Part shown: positions 30,419-41,143 of the stretch, one piece after another
Position numbering within the stretch: position 1 is the stretch's first letter
How the letters are laid out: each line of letters begins with the position of its first letter
Assembly: GCA_963771075.1 (NCBI GenBank)
Contig: CAVYSE010000017.1
Location: 64,001-128,000, forward strand
Direction of reading: 5' to 3'
From: a candidate division FCPU426 bacterium
Lineage (GTDB): Bacteria; Oederibacteriota; Muellerivitia; Muellerivitales; Muellerivitaceae
DNA length: 64,000 bases
Notes under the pieces: generated by a model
What the model was told of the DNA's origin: nothing
Seen by the model: the letters and a program-made list of their open reading frames with translations, nothing else
Databases searched by the model: none
Made by a program: the position numbers and the translations under genes

Positions 30419-31588
30419 CTACTTCAGGCCCGCAGCCTTCCGAAGGGCTGCAGCTTTGTCCGTTTTCTCCCAGGTGAAATCCTTGTCATTGCGGCCAAAG
30501 TGGCCGTATGCCGAGGTCTTCTGGAAAATCGGCCTGCGCAACTTGAGCGCCTGCATGATTCCTCGGGGTTTCAGGTCGAACACCTTTCGGACCAGTTGTG
30601 TGATCTTCTCCTCGGGCAATTTGCCAGTTCCAAAGGTTTCAACCAATACGGAAGTGGGTTCCGCCACGCCGATGGCGTAGGAGATCTGGACTTCGCACTT
30701 GTCGGCCAGCCCGGCTGCCACGATGTTCTTTGCTACCCAGCGGGCCGCGTAAGCCGCCGAACGGTCTACTTTGGAAGGATCCTTGCCCGAGAAGGCGCCG
30801 CCGCCGTGACGGCCATAGCCTCCATAGGTATCAACGATGATCTTGCGGCCAGTAAGGCCGGTGTCGCCCAGGGGCCCGCCGATCTCGAATCGTCCGGTGG
30901 GATTTACGAAGATCTTGGTCTTGGAATCGATCATGTGGGACGGGATCACCGGCTTGATGACATGGGCGATCACTTCCTTTCGGAGCTTGGCCTGGGAAAC
31001 GGGCGCGTGCTGGGTAGAAACCACCACCGCGTCCACCCGGGCCGGCTTGCCGCCGATATATTCGACCGAAACTTGGCTCTTGCCGTCTGGACGGAGATAC
31101 TTGATTTTTCCGCTCTTGCGGACCGCGGTGAGTTTTTCCACCAACCGATGGGCAAGCATGATGGGCAGGGGCATCAATTCGGGGGTTTCGCGACAGGCGA
31201 ACCCGAACATCATGCCCTGGTCGCCGGCTCCGCCCGTGTCCACGCCCATGGCGATATCCGGGGATTGGCGATTGATGGCCACTGAAACTCCAGCTGTGTC
31301 GGCGTCCAGCCCCGCCTTGGCGTCCACGTAGCCGATGCGGCGAATGGTTTGACGGATCACCTGCGGCCAGTTGACTGAGGCTTTGGTGGTGATTTCGCCC
31401 GCCACGACCACCCAGTTGCAGGTCAGGAGGGTCTCGCAAGCCACTCGACTAAAGGGGTCCTGTTCCAGACAAGCATCCAAGATGGCGTCCGAGATGGCGT
31501 CCGCGACCTTGTCCGGATGCCCTTCGGTGACCGATTCGGAAGTGAAAAAAAACTTTTCTTTGCCTAGTGGGGAAAGCGCGGTCTTCAT
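30419..31588 (-). CDS. metK: S-adenosylmethionine synthetase
   Basis: [32 protein letters not shown] before ATG 31588. Confidence 0.98.
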   Translation of the reverse strand: MKTALSPLGKEKFFFTSESVTEGHPDKVADAISDAILDACLEQDPFSRVACETLLTCNWVVVAGEITTKASVNWPQVIRQTIRRIGYVDAKAGLDADTAGVSVAINRQSPDIAMGVDTGGAGDQGMMFGFACRETPELMPLPIMLAHRLVEKLTAVRKSGKIKYLRPDGKSQVSVEYIGGKPARVDAVVVSTQHAPVSQAKLRKEVIAHVIKPVIPSHMIDSKTKIFVNPTGRFEIGGPLGDTGLTGRKIIVDTYGGYGRHGGGAFSGKDPSKVDRSAAYAARWVAKNIVAAGLADKCEVQISYAIGVAEPTSVLVETFGTGKLPEEKITQLVRKVFDLKPRGIMQALKLRRPIFQKTSAYGHFGRNDKDFTWEKTDKAAALRKAAGLK

Positions 31589-31690
31589 GAAACCATTCTC
31601 CTTCGAATTAAAATGATCGGCCAAGCGTCAAACTCATGGAAGCGTGGGGAGGTGTGGTCAAGGCCGGATTAGCTTTTAGTCCCAACCCGT

Positions 31691-31726
31691 AAAAACAAAG
31701 CCCTTGTTCCAACCGGAACAAGGGCT
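31691..31726 (-). terminator. Intrinsic terminator of sugar ABC operon
   Basis: 12-bp perfect stem AGCCCTTGTTCC/GGAACAAGGGCT followed by TTGTTTTT. Confidence 0.75.
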
Positions 31727-31744
31727 CGTGAATATCGTATGCGT

Positions 31745-32641
31745 TTACTTCAGGCCCGTGGTGGCGATACCCTGAATAAAATAACGTTGTCCCACCAGGA
31801 AAATCAACGCGATTGGGATGGAGATCAAAAGGGATGCCGCCATCAACAGGTGGTAATCCTGCCCATACAGTGAAATGAAATTCGTCAAACCCAAGGCCAG
31901 GGTCTTTTTGCTGTTGGAGTCCAAGTAGATCAAAGGATTCATGAAGTCGTTCCAGTTATAGACGAAGGAAAAAACCGCCACCGTCGTCAGGGCAGGCTTA
32001 CAAAGTGGCATCAAAATGCGCCAATAAACCCCCATGTTTGAGCAACCATCGATCTTAGCCGCTTCGTCCATTTCATAGGGAATGCTCATGAAGAATTGAC
32101 GCATCAAAAAGATGTTATAGGCACCACCGCCAAGGAAGGCGGGTACGATAAGGGGGTAAAAGGTATCCCTCCAGCCCAGGGTATTGAAGAGAATGAAACT
32201 GGGGACCATTGTAACCTGGGCCGGAACCATCAAGGTGGCCAGGCAAAGCAGGAACAGGGGACCCCGGCCGGGAAAACGAAGCCGGGCGAAAGCGAATGCG
32301 ACGACCGAGGAAGAAATTGTTGTCCCGAAACAGCTCAAGCCCGCGATGATCAGGGTATTGATCAAATAATTGGTGAATGTAACATCCGGAAACATCCCAT
32401 TGATATCCCAAGCTTTGGGATAGTTCTCGAAATGCAAGGGAGAGGGTATCCAGACTGGCGGAATCGCGAAAACGTCCGTCGGCGCTTTCAGGGAGGTGGA
32501 AAGCATCCAAAGAATGGGCCCGATCATGGTTATGGAACCGATCACCAAAACCACGAACACCGTGATGTTCGAGATCTTCTCGTTGCGCTTCTTACTCGCC
32601 CAATGCCCGGTGCCGGGGCTGGCCAAATTCTTTTCGGTCAT
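31745..32641 (-). CDS. Carbohydrate ABC transporter permease (MalG-like)
   Basis: EAA loop EAAKIDG, WNDF. Confidence 0.93.
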   Translation of the reverse strand: MTEKNLASPGTGHWASKKRNEKISNITVFVVLVIGSITMIGPILWMLSTSLKAPTDVFAIPPVWIPSPLHFENYPKAWDINGMFPDVTFTNYLINTLIIAGLSCFGTTISSSVVAFAFARLRFPGRGPLFLLCLATLMVPAQVTMVPSFILFNTLGWRDTFYPLIVPAFLGGGAYNIFLMRQFFMSIPYEMDEAAKIDGCSNMGVYWRILMPLCKPALTTVAVFSFVYNWNDFMNPLIYLDSNSKKTLALGLTNFISLYGQDYHLLMAASLLISIPIALIFLVGQRYFIQGIATTGLK

Positions 32642-32653
32642 TTTCTCACCTTG

Positions 32654-33568
32654 TTATTTGCGTAGTTCGCCTTCGTAGTAAACCCACTTGGAATACTTGA
32701 ATTGGATCCAGGTGGCCAGCATGATCACGATGAACAAAATCCAGGCCAAGGCCGAGGCATAGCCCATCTGGAAGTATTTGAATTTCTGATAGATATAAAG
32801 CACCATCACCAAAGTGGAGTCCGCCGGACCGCCCAAGCCGTCCGTCATCACGTAAACCTGGTTGAAAATCTGGAAAGAAGAGACGATGGAAATGATGAGC
32901 TGGAAAAAAATCACCGGGGAAAGGCCCGGCAGGGTTACGGTCCAAAATTGTTGCCATTTATTCGCGCCGTCAATTTCCGCGGCCTCATATAGGGTCGTGG
33001 GTATTCCCTGCAACCCCGCTAAGTAAATGATCATCCCAGAACCCACACTCCAAAAGCTCATGATTACCAATGCCGGTTTGCTCCAAGCTTCGCTAGCAAG
33101 CCATTTGGGACACTCCGACATGGGCAAACCCGTCAAAACAGAAATCAAGTAATTCAGCAGACCCGAATCCGCGTTGAAGATCCATTTCCAAAGAACCGCC
33201 ACGGCCACGCCGGAGGCCATGACGGAAGGAAGGTAAAAAACGGTCCTGAAGACGCCGATTCCTTTCACCTTTTGGTTCATCAGGATGGCAACGACGATGG
33301 AAAGAACCATCCCAATGGGAACGGAGAGGAGGGTGAAATAGGCGGTGTTAAACATCGACCGCCAGAAGCGCGGGTCATCGAATAGCATCGTCTTGTAGTT
33401 ATCAAAGCCAACGAACTGGATGGGGTTCAAAATATCCCATTTACAAAATGACAAGAAGAAGGCGGCCAAAATCGGCCCGCCCATAAGGAACACCATCCAG
33501 ATGAGAAAGGGTGCCAGAAAAATATAAGCGCTAATGGCTTCCTTGCGTTCGGCCGAAGTCATGTTCAT
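32654..33568 (-). CDS. Carbohydrate ABC transporter permease (MalF-like)
   Basis: LAGLQGIP.LYEAAEIDGA, MGYASALAW. Confidence 0.93.
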   Translation of the reverse strand: MNMTSAERKEAISAYIFLAPFLIWMVFLMGGPILAAFFLSFCKWDILNPIQFVGFDNYKTMLFDDPRFWRSMFNTAYFTLLSVPIGMVLSIVVAILMNQKVKGIGVFRTVFYLPSVMASGVAVAVLWKWIFNADSGLLNYLISVLTGLPMSECPKWLASEAWSKPALVIMSFWSVGSGMIIYLAGLQGIPTTLYEAAEIDGANKWQQFWTVTLPGLSPVIFFQLIISIVSSFQIFNQVYVMTDGLGGPADSTLVMVLYIYQKFKYFQMGYASALAWILFIVIMLATWIQFKYSKWVYYEGELRK

Positions 33569-33587
33569 TCGCTCCTAAACGGCTGGA

Positions 33588-34880
33588 TTAATTTGCCTCA
33601 GGTGGATTTTTGTCCAACTGGGGTTTTAATTTTTGCATGGCTTCCTCGGGCGTTTCGCTCCCGTTCCATACCCGGTCCAACTCGGGCCCAATGATACTGT
33701 CCACGGTCTCATGCCAATTCTTACACATGGGGCTGTATTTCACGTACTTGACAGCTTCCAAAAGCATCTTCTTATTATGGGGATCTTGGTTGTCCAAAAA
33801 GAGTGACGAATTGGCCTCGGCCATTAGAGAGGGTTGGGCCAAACCAGTGGCAGCCAGCTTCTTAGCGCCTGCATCTCCCGAAATATATTTCACTAACTCC
33901 CAAGCGTTTTTCTTTTGGGTTGAGTTTTTCAGGATTCCATAGCCCGACCCACCGGTCCCGAACGCCCGATAGCCGTTGGGTCCCTTGGGAAACATTACGA
34001 TATCCCATCCAAAATTTTTGATATCCCGGAAACTTGGCGTTTTCCAAAGTCCCGAAAGAAACATGGCAGTGGAACCATTGATGAACATGTCAGAAGTTCC
34101 CATGCCCCCCATTGCCGCCAAACCCGATGGAGGCAACATGACCTTGTATTTATAAATAAGGTCGGCCCTAAATTGAACACCAGCCAGCGTGTGAGGATCC
34201 GTAGCGAAAGTCCATTGGGTGGGATGCTTCACATCGTTCGCATAGCTTCCACCAAAATCATAGACCCAAGGTTGGGGCATGACCCAGTCATCCACGAAAC
34301 CCCACCGGGTGACCTTTCCAGACGCATCAGTTTTCATGACTTTTTTGGCGATTGCCACAAAGTCATCATAAGTCCAATCATCAGTGGGATAGGGGACTTT
34401 CGCCTCGTCGAACGCTTTCTTGTTGTAATAAATGCAAGCGATAGGTGCCGTATCCCGAGGGATCACATAGATTTGGTTGTCCACCGTGAAGCGATCCACG
34501 ACCGAAGGATAATAAACACTCATGTCAATCTTATCGGATTGGATGTAGGGGTTGAGAGGTTCAAGTGCGCCGCGAAGGTAGAGGTCGGCGAAATTCTCAA
34601 CCTCCGTGAAGATCACATCCGGACCCACGTTACCGGCTATTTGGGTCAAGAGCTTGGTCACATATTCATTGTAGGGAATTCGTTGCAACTCGACTTGAAT
34701 GTCTGGATGGAGTTTTTGGAAATCGGCGATCAAATCGACTAGAATTTGATTTTCCTGGAGGTCGCCCCAGGAGGAAATTTTTAATTTTCCGGAAGATTTG
34801 GAACCGCAACCCATCATAGTCATGGTGGAAATTAGAATCAGGCCAACTAACAGCGCAAACACCAACCGAAGATTTTTCAT
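33588..34880 (-). CDS. Sugar ABC transporter substrate-binding lipoprotein
   Basis: Lipobox MMGC, YYNKKAFDEA, AWELVKY. Confidence 0.92.
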   Translation of the reverse strand: MKNLRLVFALLVGLILISTMTMMGCGSKSSGKLKISSWGDLQENQILVDLIADFQKLHPDIQVELQRIPYNEYVTKLLTQIAGNVGPDVIFTEVENFADLYLRGALEPLNPYIQSDKIDMSVYYPSVVDRFTVDNQIYVIPRDTAPIACIYYNKKAFDEAKVPYPTDDWTYDDFVAIAKKVMKTDASGKVTRWGFVDDWVMPQPWVYDFGGSYANDVKHPTQWTFATDPHTLAGVQFRADLIYKYKVMLPPSGLAAMGGMGTSDMFINGSTAMFLSGLWKTPSFRDIKNFGWDIVMFPKGPNGYRAFGTGGSGYGILKNSTQKKNAWELVKYISGDAGAKKLAATGLAQPSLMAEANSSLFLDNQDPHNKKMLLEAVKYVKYSPMCKNWHETVDSIIGPELDRVWNGSETPEEAMQKLKPQLDKNPPEAN

Positions 34881-34949
34881 GGAACCTCCCGGGTGATAAA
34901 AGCTAAATTAAAAGGATGGAATAAGCGGTGAAAAATTAAAGCGTTCGTT

Positions 34950-34979
34950 AGTATGGCATAGGCCCCGAAGGGGCGTCAA
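34950..34979 (-). promoter_or_regulatory. Putative extended -10 sigma70 promoter of ABC operon
   Basis: TTGACG-18-CATACT with TGn extension. Confidence 0.55.
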
Positions 34980-35657
34980 CGCAAAAACCCCTGTGTTTCT
35001 CGTAATCCCGAAATTTCGTCGTGCCTTTTTACGTCTTTTGGGAAAGTTAAAAAAAATGGAAAAGCAAATATCATTCCCTACAACAGATCAACCGCTTTAC
35101 GGCGTGCAGCTCCTTCCGGATGCGCGCCTTTCTATCCCTAAACCAGCCCTTTTGATAAACTTTGCAAGCACTCAGGTCGACTCTATCGCCTTTCAGCAAA
35201 ATCAACGCGTCGGTTTAATTACGAGAAAACACTTTCCCTTCGCATCAATTTAAGCAGGGGCAGTGAGCATTGAATAGGAAATTATCGGACAGACCCTGAA
35301 CACAATGTTCAAGGTTAAAAAAACCAACATTTCCTTTACCCCATTTAAGGCCAGAGATACCCCACATGTTAGTGAACCCTCAACAGATGGTGTCGGGCTA
35401 TAAATTATGGGTGGTTTGTAGCAGCTTAGGTCATAACGCAACACGAATCCCTTGCCTAATAAAAACCTCTTGGGACCAAACCCAATAGAACACCCGAGCA
35501 AATCCTAAAACCAGTTTTCCATAAGGTCTTTTCATTGCATCAGGTTTTAAAAAAAGAAATATGTGGATGTTTTTGCGGTGTTTTTCCCAAGTTGCGATAA
35601 AATTCCTATCCCTCCACTTTCCGAATTTGAGGACCGAATACAACATGCGAAGGAGAC

Positions 35658-37976
35658 TTGAAGGTGCTAAAAATAAATCCAAAGGTTATCTTGCCCAAGA
35701 TCCTTTATCTTTTTGCCTTTTTTTCTTTCATTGTCAGCTTGTTCTATCGATCCAGGGGGTTCCAAACCGAGAGTTTAATATGGCTAATAGGGGGAGTAGT
35801 TCTCGTCGTCCTTAATTTCATCGACCTTTTTAGCATCTTTAATCGAAATTTATGGCAAACCCCCACCCCCCCTAAAGTTCCATCGAATGAACCGGGAAAT
35901 ATCGCGGCCGCCGCACTTTTTATCATCTATATCATATCCATATTTTGGAAACCTCTTCTGCATCCCAAACAATTGTTGGGTGGATATGACATGCAGTTTT
36001 TTTACGCCTACAAATGTTATTGGGCCCAAAGCCTGAAAGATGGCGATCCGGCCCTATGGAACCCCTATTACCATCTGGGCATTCCTTATTGGGGTTGGCC
36101 GATTGTGGGCGCTTGTTCCCCTTTCACACCCCTTTACCTTGTCTTCCCGCCCTCGTTCGCGATCACATTGGAATATGTCATCCATTTATTCCTCTCCGCA
36201 TTTGGTATGTATCTTTTGTTGAGAACGCTAGGAAGCAAATGGACCGGGGGCATCATGGCGGGAATGGCCTATACCTTCGGTTGTTATTTCATGTCCAAGG
36301 TTTACCAAGGCCAGGCTTGGACCCTCTTTGCCGCGGCTTGGATACCCTGGATCATCTGGAGCACGGAAAAATCCATTCAAAACGAAGAGAAAAGACTGTC
36401 TTGGCTGACACTGACCGCTTATTTAACCGCTCTGACCTATTTCGAAGGGCATCCCCAATTAACCGAATACGCCCTGTTAGCCATGGGTTTCTATTGGTTA
36501 GGCGCTTGGATTTTCCGGAGCACTTCTTTCAAAATATTTTTATTCTCAAACTTGGGTTTGGCGGCCGCCTTCCTGGCCCTGACCGCCTTAGCCCTATTTC
36601 CACAGACCGAATATGCCATGTTAACGAATCGTTGGGGATGGCATTACGGAGATATCATGGATAATTGGGTGGCGCCCGACTCCTTGCCCACATTCTTGCT
36701 TCCCTTCCGGGGCTCTCCTTTCGATCCTACGGGTTTCAAAACCGTCAAGTCATACCACGAAACCTGCAATTACATGGGCTATATACCCTTGGCCCTTTTC
36801 TTGTCTGGTCTCATTTATTTTCGCAAAGTCCCTAAAGTTTTGTGGTTTTCCATAACTGCCCTATTTTTCACTCTCTTAGCGATGGGTATCTCCAACCCTG
36901 TTTCCAAGGCTCTTTTTGATTTCTTTTATAACTTCGTCCCGGGGTTCAATCATCACCGCACCATTGGTCGGCTTATGGTGGTGACGACTTTTTTCATGGC
37001 ATGCTCTTCGGGCCTGATGATGGATTACTTCAGGGATTTCTTCAAAAAAAAGCATGGCATTAAAACTCGGTGGATCTTTTATGGGTTATTAGCCCTAACC
37101 CTGGTTGACCTATGGCATTACGGTTACCGGTTCGTGGGTCTGGAAGACCCTGACAAATATTATTCACCATCAATGGTCTTTTCATCAGACAAAGTTTTGA
37201 AAACCGTCCTTGCTGACCCAACCTATCCACGGGTTCAGGGAGAACACGATTTTGCGGTAAACCTTTCTTGTAAATTGACCCAACCTTTATATTGGGAAGA
37301 TACTTACCCCGATAATGAAGGGCGTTACGTGATTGATATGCATGATGATTGGGATACCCCCCTTTCAGACGTCATCAGCCTGAAATACCTCGCTTCCCGG
37401 CCATTGTTCAACAAGCCTACCACCCGGTGGCAACCCTTGGCCGACAATGTGGTTTACAACACGATGGCTTTACCCAGGGCTTTCGTGGTCAGCGGCTACC
37501 GGGTGATGGCTTCCAATATGAAAGAGGACGTGGAACAAATTCGTTTGGGAGAGGTGGATTGCAAAAATGAAGTTCTGCTTTATTCCCAGCCTTCCCAGAT
37601 GCCCCCATCCCAGCCCGGGTATCTTGGTGAGGCTAAAATCACCCACTTCAGCAATAACGAAGTTGATATGGAATGCGCCATCAGCCAACCTGGCATCCTG
37701 TTTTTGTCCGATCCCTTTTTCCCGGGATGGAATGCTTGGGTAAACGGACAAAAAGCTGAAATTCTACGGGCTAATCGGGCTTTTCGGGCCATCGTTTTGC
37801 CCCAAGCCGGTTCCTTCAAGATCAAAATGGCCTATCAACCCGGAAGCCTGAAGGCTGGTATCACGGTTAGCTCCTTAGCATGGCTCGCCGGTGCTTTTAT
37901 ACTTATTCGCGGCAGAAAACGTAAAAAGATAAAACCCGGAAAACGGGAGAATAAAACAAAACGCGGTAGAAAATAG
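35658..37976 (+). CDS. YfhO-family (GT-C) membrane glycosyltransferase
   Basis: LWNPY..GIP, GHPQ, LPRAF, LSDPFFPGWNAWVNG, RANRAFRAI; AGGAGA before TTG. Confidence 0.88.
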   Translation: MKVLKINPKVILPKILYLFAFFSFIVSLFYRSRGFQTESLIWLIGGVVLVVLNFIDLFSIFNRNLWQTPTPPKVPSNEPGNIAAAALFIIYIISIFWKPLLHPKQLLGGYDMQFFYAYKCYWAQSLKDGDPALWNPYYHLGIPYWGWPIVGACSPFTPLYLVFPPSFAITLEYVIHLFLSAFGMYLLLRTLGSKWTGGIMAGMAYTFGCYFMSKVYQGQAWTLFAAAWIPWIIWSTEKSIQNEEKRLSWLTLTAYLTALTYFEGHPQLTEYALLAMGFYWLGAWIFRSTSFKIFLFSNLGLAAAFLALTALALFPQTEYAMLTNRWGWHYGDIMDNWVAPDSLPTFLLPFRGSPFDPTGFKTVKSYHETCNYMGYIPLALFLSGLIYFRKVPKVLWFSITALFFTLLAMGISNPVSKALFDFFYNFVPGFNHHRTIGRLMVVTTFFMACSSGLMMDYFRDFFKKKHGIKTRWIFYGLLALTLVDLWHYGYRFVGLEDPDKYYSPSMVFSSDKVLKTVLADPTYPRVQGEHDFAVNLSCKLTQPLYWEDTYPDNEGRYVIDMHDDWDTPLSDVISLKYLASRPLFNKPTTRWQPLADNVVYNTMALPRAFVVSGYRVMASNMKEDVEQIRLGEVDCKNEVLLYSQPSQMPPSQPGYLGEAKITHFSNNEVDMECAISQPGILFLSDPFFPGWNAWVNGQKAEILRANRAFRAIVLPQAGSFKIKMAYQPGSLKAGITVSSLAWLAGAFILIRGRKRKKIKPGKRENKTKRGRK

Positions 37977-38118
37977 GGGAATTTTTTATCGGATATCCGC
38001 CGCCATTCAGTCCATACCCACCGCCCTGGGTCTCTATGTATAATAAGTCGCCTTTCACACGAGTAGGTTTAAGCCTGTGTTTGTCTTCTTTAAATAAATT
38101 ACCCTCATAGGAGTTTTT

Positions 38119-41091
38119 ATGCCCTTGGCAAGGTACCGAAAATATCTTCCGCCTTTTATTTATTATTTTCTTAATTCTTTATCCCGTTTGAACCTACTAC
38201 TGAAATCGGCTTCCCCCACAAAGGTCTCAAAAAAGAAAGCATCCTCCCGTACCAAGTCCAGGCCAATGCGTAAAATCAAACCTAAAACCATGGAATTTTT
38301 CGATTCCAAAAGATCTTTAATGGTTCTTTTTGCCCTGCTTTTGGCAGCCAAGGGCCAATGGGATTGGGTAGCCGTCGGCCAAAGCAATAGTCTATGGACA
38401 GGTTTGGCCTACTACGCCATTGCGGTTGGGCTGTTCCTTTATACATTTAACTCCTGGAAACAGGAAAATCTTCAAAAAGCCGAAATCAATCCCATCCTGG
38501 AATGTGGACTTTTCGGATTGATCATGCTCATTGCCGCCTTTTTCCGCGTTTACAAGCTGGATGAGATTCCCAACGGAATATTCATGGATCAAGGTTTTGA
38601 GGGCCTGGGCGGTTTGATGATTGGTCATAATGACTTTCACCAACCCGTATATTCCCTCGGGGACCAACCCGTTTTCGAAGTAGGGAAGCCCTTTTGGCAG
38701 CAGCCCTTTTTCATCGGAAAACCGTTGGAAGCTCCCGCCTTCCTGCTTTATCTTCTCGCCGCTTGGTTTAAGTTTTTCCAGCCGAATCAATTCACCTTAT
38801 ATCTTTTCTTCGCTTCCTTGGCCCTGGCTGCCTTTCCCCTTATTTATTGGACCTTCCGTCAAATCGCCGGACCCCGGATGGCCCTTTTGACGCTTTATTT
38901 TTTAGCGGTCATGCGCTGGCATGTGAACTTCAGTCGCAACGGGTTTCCTACCATCGAAGTTCCTTTTTATATGTTTGGAACCCTTGCTTTTCTTCTTTAC
39001 GGCTTTCGAAAGGGGAAAACCTGGGCTTTCTGCGTTTCAGCCGTGTTTTTATCATTGGGGCTTTATACTTACCAGGCCTTCAAGATATTTCCACTCTTGC
39101 TCGTTTCTTACTCTCTGTATGAATTCCTGGGTGATAACCCAAAAGTCCAAAAATTGTTTGAAACCCTTTCAAAAACCAGTCGTAAAACCAAGATGCCGGG
39201 GTGGGTGATTCCCTCCGTTCTTGCCTTGGTTTGCCTGATCATTATTGGTTGCGCGCTTTATTGGCTACCAACCTGGTACCTTTATGTCACCAACCATGCC
39301 CTTCTTTACACTATTGCAAAAGGAACCGTTTTAGTAATAGGCGTAAGCCTAATGGCCTTTACCCTTTACTTGTTTACAGGAAGCAAAAAATTCAAGCTGC
39401 ATTTGCGCCAATTGGGTCTTTTCTTTGGGATTCTCCTGGTTCTCACTTCCCCGATCCTCTTCAACATGTTGAAAACGGGAAGTTTGGGCTCCCGTGAGGG
39501 CTCGGATAATATTCTCGGCACAATCCTTCAGGAACATAGTTTTTACGGACCCGTCTCCAAAATGCTGGGTAAAACCCTTCTGATGGGCAACCGGATGGGA
39601 GACGATAATGAACGCCACAATATGCCCAACCATCGGATGTTGGATGACATTTCCGGAGTCCTTCTCATAATGGGATTTTTTTACTCCCTCCATCGCATCA
39701 ACCGACGAAAATATTTTTACGCACTCGCTGGATTGGGAGTCATGAGTTTGGCCTGTCTTCTCTCGGTTGTTCCGGCCCACGCTAACCGCCTATTGGCAAC
39801 CACTCCCTTCCTATGCCTCTTAATCTCCGCGCCCCTATCGGCGATTTGGGGACGGGCCAGGAATAAATGGGGTGGGTTCGGCGAAATGGTCTTTCTCTTT
39901 TTACTGCTCCCTCCCCTGTTGCTTGTGGGTTTTTTGAATTATCGCGTTTATTTCATCGAGGAACCCAAAGATGGGGCCTATTGGAATTCAAGCTATTGGG
40001 GCGGTTATTCCTTTGACGCCAGCCAAGCGGGAAAAATAATCGCGCAGAACGGGGACGCTTACGACTATTGCCTGACCAAACGGTACTTTTACCACAATAC
40101 CGTCAAATTCCTAAGTTATGGGTTGAAAGATCACGTCAAGCTTTTTACCCTGCCCGAAGGACTGGCACCCCTGCAAGCCAACGCCAATAGGGGCCTGCTC
40201 TTCATCCTCATGAATGAGCAAAAAGGGCTCGCCCAAAACATTCAATCCCTCTACCCTCACAGCCAGTTTGAGCCGGTCCCGAACCCCAATGGCAACCCCC
40301 TGGTTTATTGTGTCCGGGTGCCTGCCAGTGACGTGGCCCAAGCCAAGGGACTTTTCATGCAAACTTCGACTGGCATCACCACTCAATTGCCTGCATTTCC
40401 GGAGGGCCTGCCTTCCGGGCCATTCAAGGCTTCCTTACGTGGGACGGTCTATCTGGATCGCACCGCGGTTTACTCCTTTGAAGCGAAGTCCAATGCCTCC
40501 GTTTCCTGGTCCATCGGAACCCATAAGATCCGGTCGGGGCAAACCTTGAGTTTTGCGAAAGGGTTTTACCGGGTCGAGATCAATTTGAACGCGTCCAATG
40601 CGGGACCCGTTTCCCTCCAATTGCTTTCGAAAGCGGGGATTGAATCTCCCGTCGGGCTTGGCAACGACCGTTTCACCACGCTGGACATGGCGAGAGGTTT
40701 GAAAGGCTCCTACTTCGACCAAGATAGCGTCGTGGGTGTTCCCCTAGTACAACAATGGGATCCTTTCCTTAACTTTTACGACAGCTCCGACTTCCCCTAC
40801 CTGAACACGAGGGAATCCATCCTGTGGGAGGGCCAATTGAACGCTCCCACCACCGGACTCTACAAGTTCCTCGCCCGAACTGATGAATACACGAAAGTTC
40901 TCATCGACGGGAAAATCGTTGTCCCTTGGAGTCGTGGCCCCTCCGGGTCTTCTTTCTTAAAGGCTGGCCCCCATCATTTTCAGGTCGTTTTCCAGAAAAT
41001 TTTGGGTCCCAGTTTGACCTTATGTTGGACGCCGCCCGGTTCCAAGGATATGGAAGTCATCCCTAACCGTTATTTTGGGTACACCGACTGA
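38119..41091 (+). CDS. ArnT/PMT-like (GT39/GT83-like) glycosyltransferase with tandem C-terminal PA14-like domains
   Basis: FRVYKLDEIPNGIFMDQG, WHVNFSR, GLYTYQA; PA14-like GLKGSYF..WEGQLNAPTTGLYKF..IDGK. Confidence 0.85.
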   Translation: MPLARYRKYLPPFIYYFLNSLSRLNLLLKSASPTKVSKKKASSRTKSRPMRKIKPKTMEFFDSKRSLMVLFALLLAAKGQWDWVAVGQSNSLWTGLAYYAIAVGLFLYTFNSWKQENLQKAEINPILECGLFGLIMLIAAFFRVYKLDEIPNGIFMDQGFEGLGGLMIGHNDFHQPVYSLGDQPVFEVGKPFWQQPFFIGKPLEAPAFLLYLLAAWFKFFQPNQFTLYLFFASLALAAFPLIYWTFRQIAGPRMALLTLYFLAVMRWHVNFSRNGFPTIEVPFYMFGTLAFLLYGFRKGKTWAFCVSAVFLSLGLYTYQAFKIFPLLLVSYSLYEFLGDNPKVQKLFETLSKTSRKTKMPGWVIPSVLALVCLIIIGCALYWLPTWYLYVTNHALLYTIAKGTVLVIGVSLMAFTLYLFTGSKKFKLHLRQLGLFFGILLVLTSPILFNMLKTGSLGSREGSDNILGTILQEHSFYGPVSKMLGKTLLMGNRMGDDNERHNMPNHRMLDDISGVLLIMGFFYSLHRINRRKYFYALAGLGVMSLACLLSVVPAHANRLLATTPFLCLLISAPLSAIWGRARNKWGGFGEMVFLFLLLPPLLLVGFLNYRVYFIEEPKDGAYWNSSYWGGYSFDASQAGKIIAQNGDAYDYCLTKRYFYHNTVKFLSYGLKDHVKLFTLPEGLAPLQANANRGLLFILMNEQKGLAQNIQSLYPHSQFEPVPNPNGNPLVYCVRVPASDVAQAKGLFMQTSTGITTQLPAFPEGLPSGPFKASLRGTVYLDRTAVYSFEAKSNASVSWSIGTHKIRSGQTLSFAKGFYRVEINLNASNAGPVSLQLLSKAGIESPVGLGNDRFTTLDMARGLKGSYFDQDSVVGVPLVQQWDPFLNFYDSSDFPYLNTRESILWEGQLNAPTTGLYKFLARTDEYTKVLIDGKIVVPWSRGPSGSSFLKAGPHHFQVVFQKILGPSLTLCWTPPGSKDMEVIPNRYFGYTD

Positions 41092-41143
41092 TTCAAGCAA
41101 ATCGCCGGAACCTATGCCGTAATTCTTATCAAGGAGACACTGA

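Noticed and set aside
31589..31744. SAM riboswitch upstream of metK (and SAH riboswitch before ahcY)
   Set aside because: No conserved riboswitch core recognised; the visible hairpin is the ABC operon terminator. An Rfam scan would be decisive.
31745..34880. Sugar ABC operon lacking an ATPase
   Set aside because: Common for carbohydrate ABC systems that share a MalK/MsmX-type ATPase encoded elsewhere.
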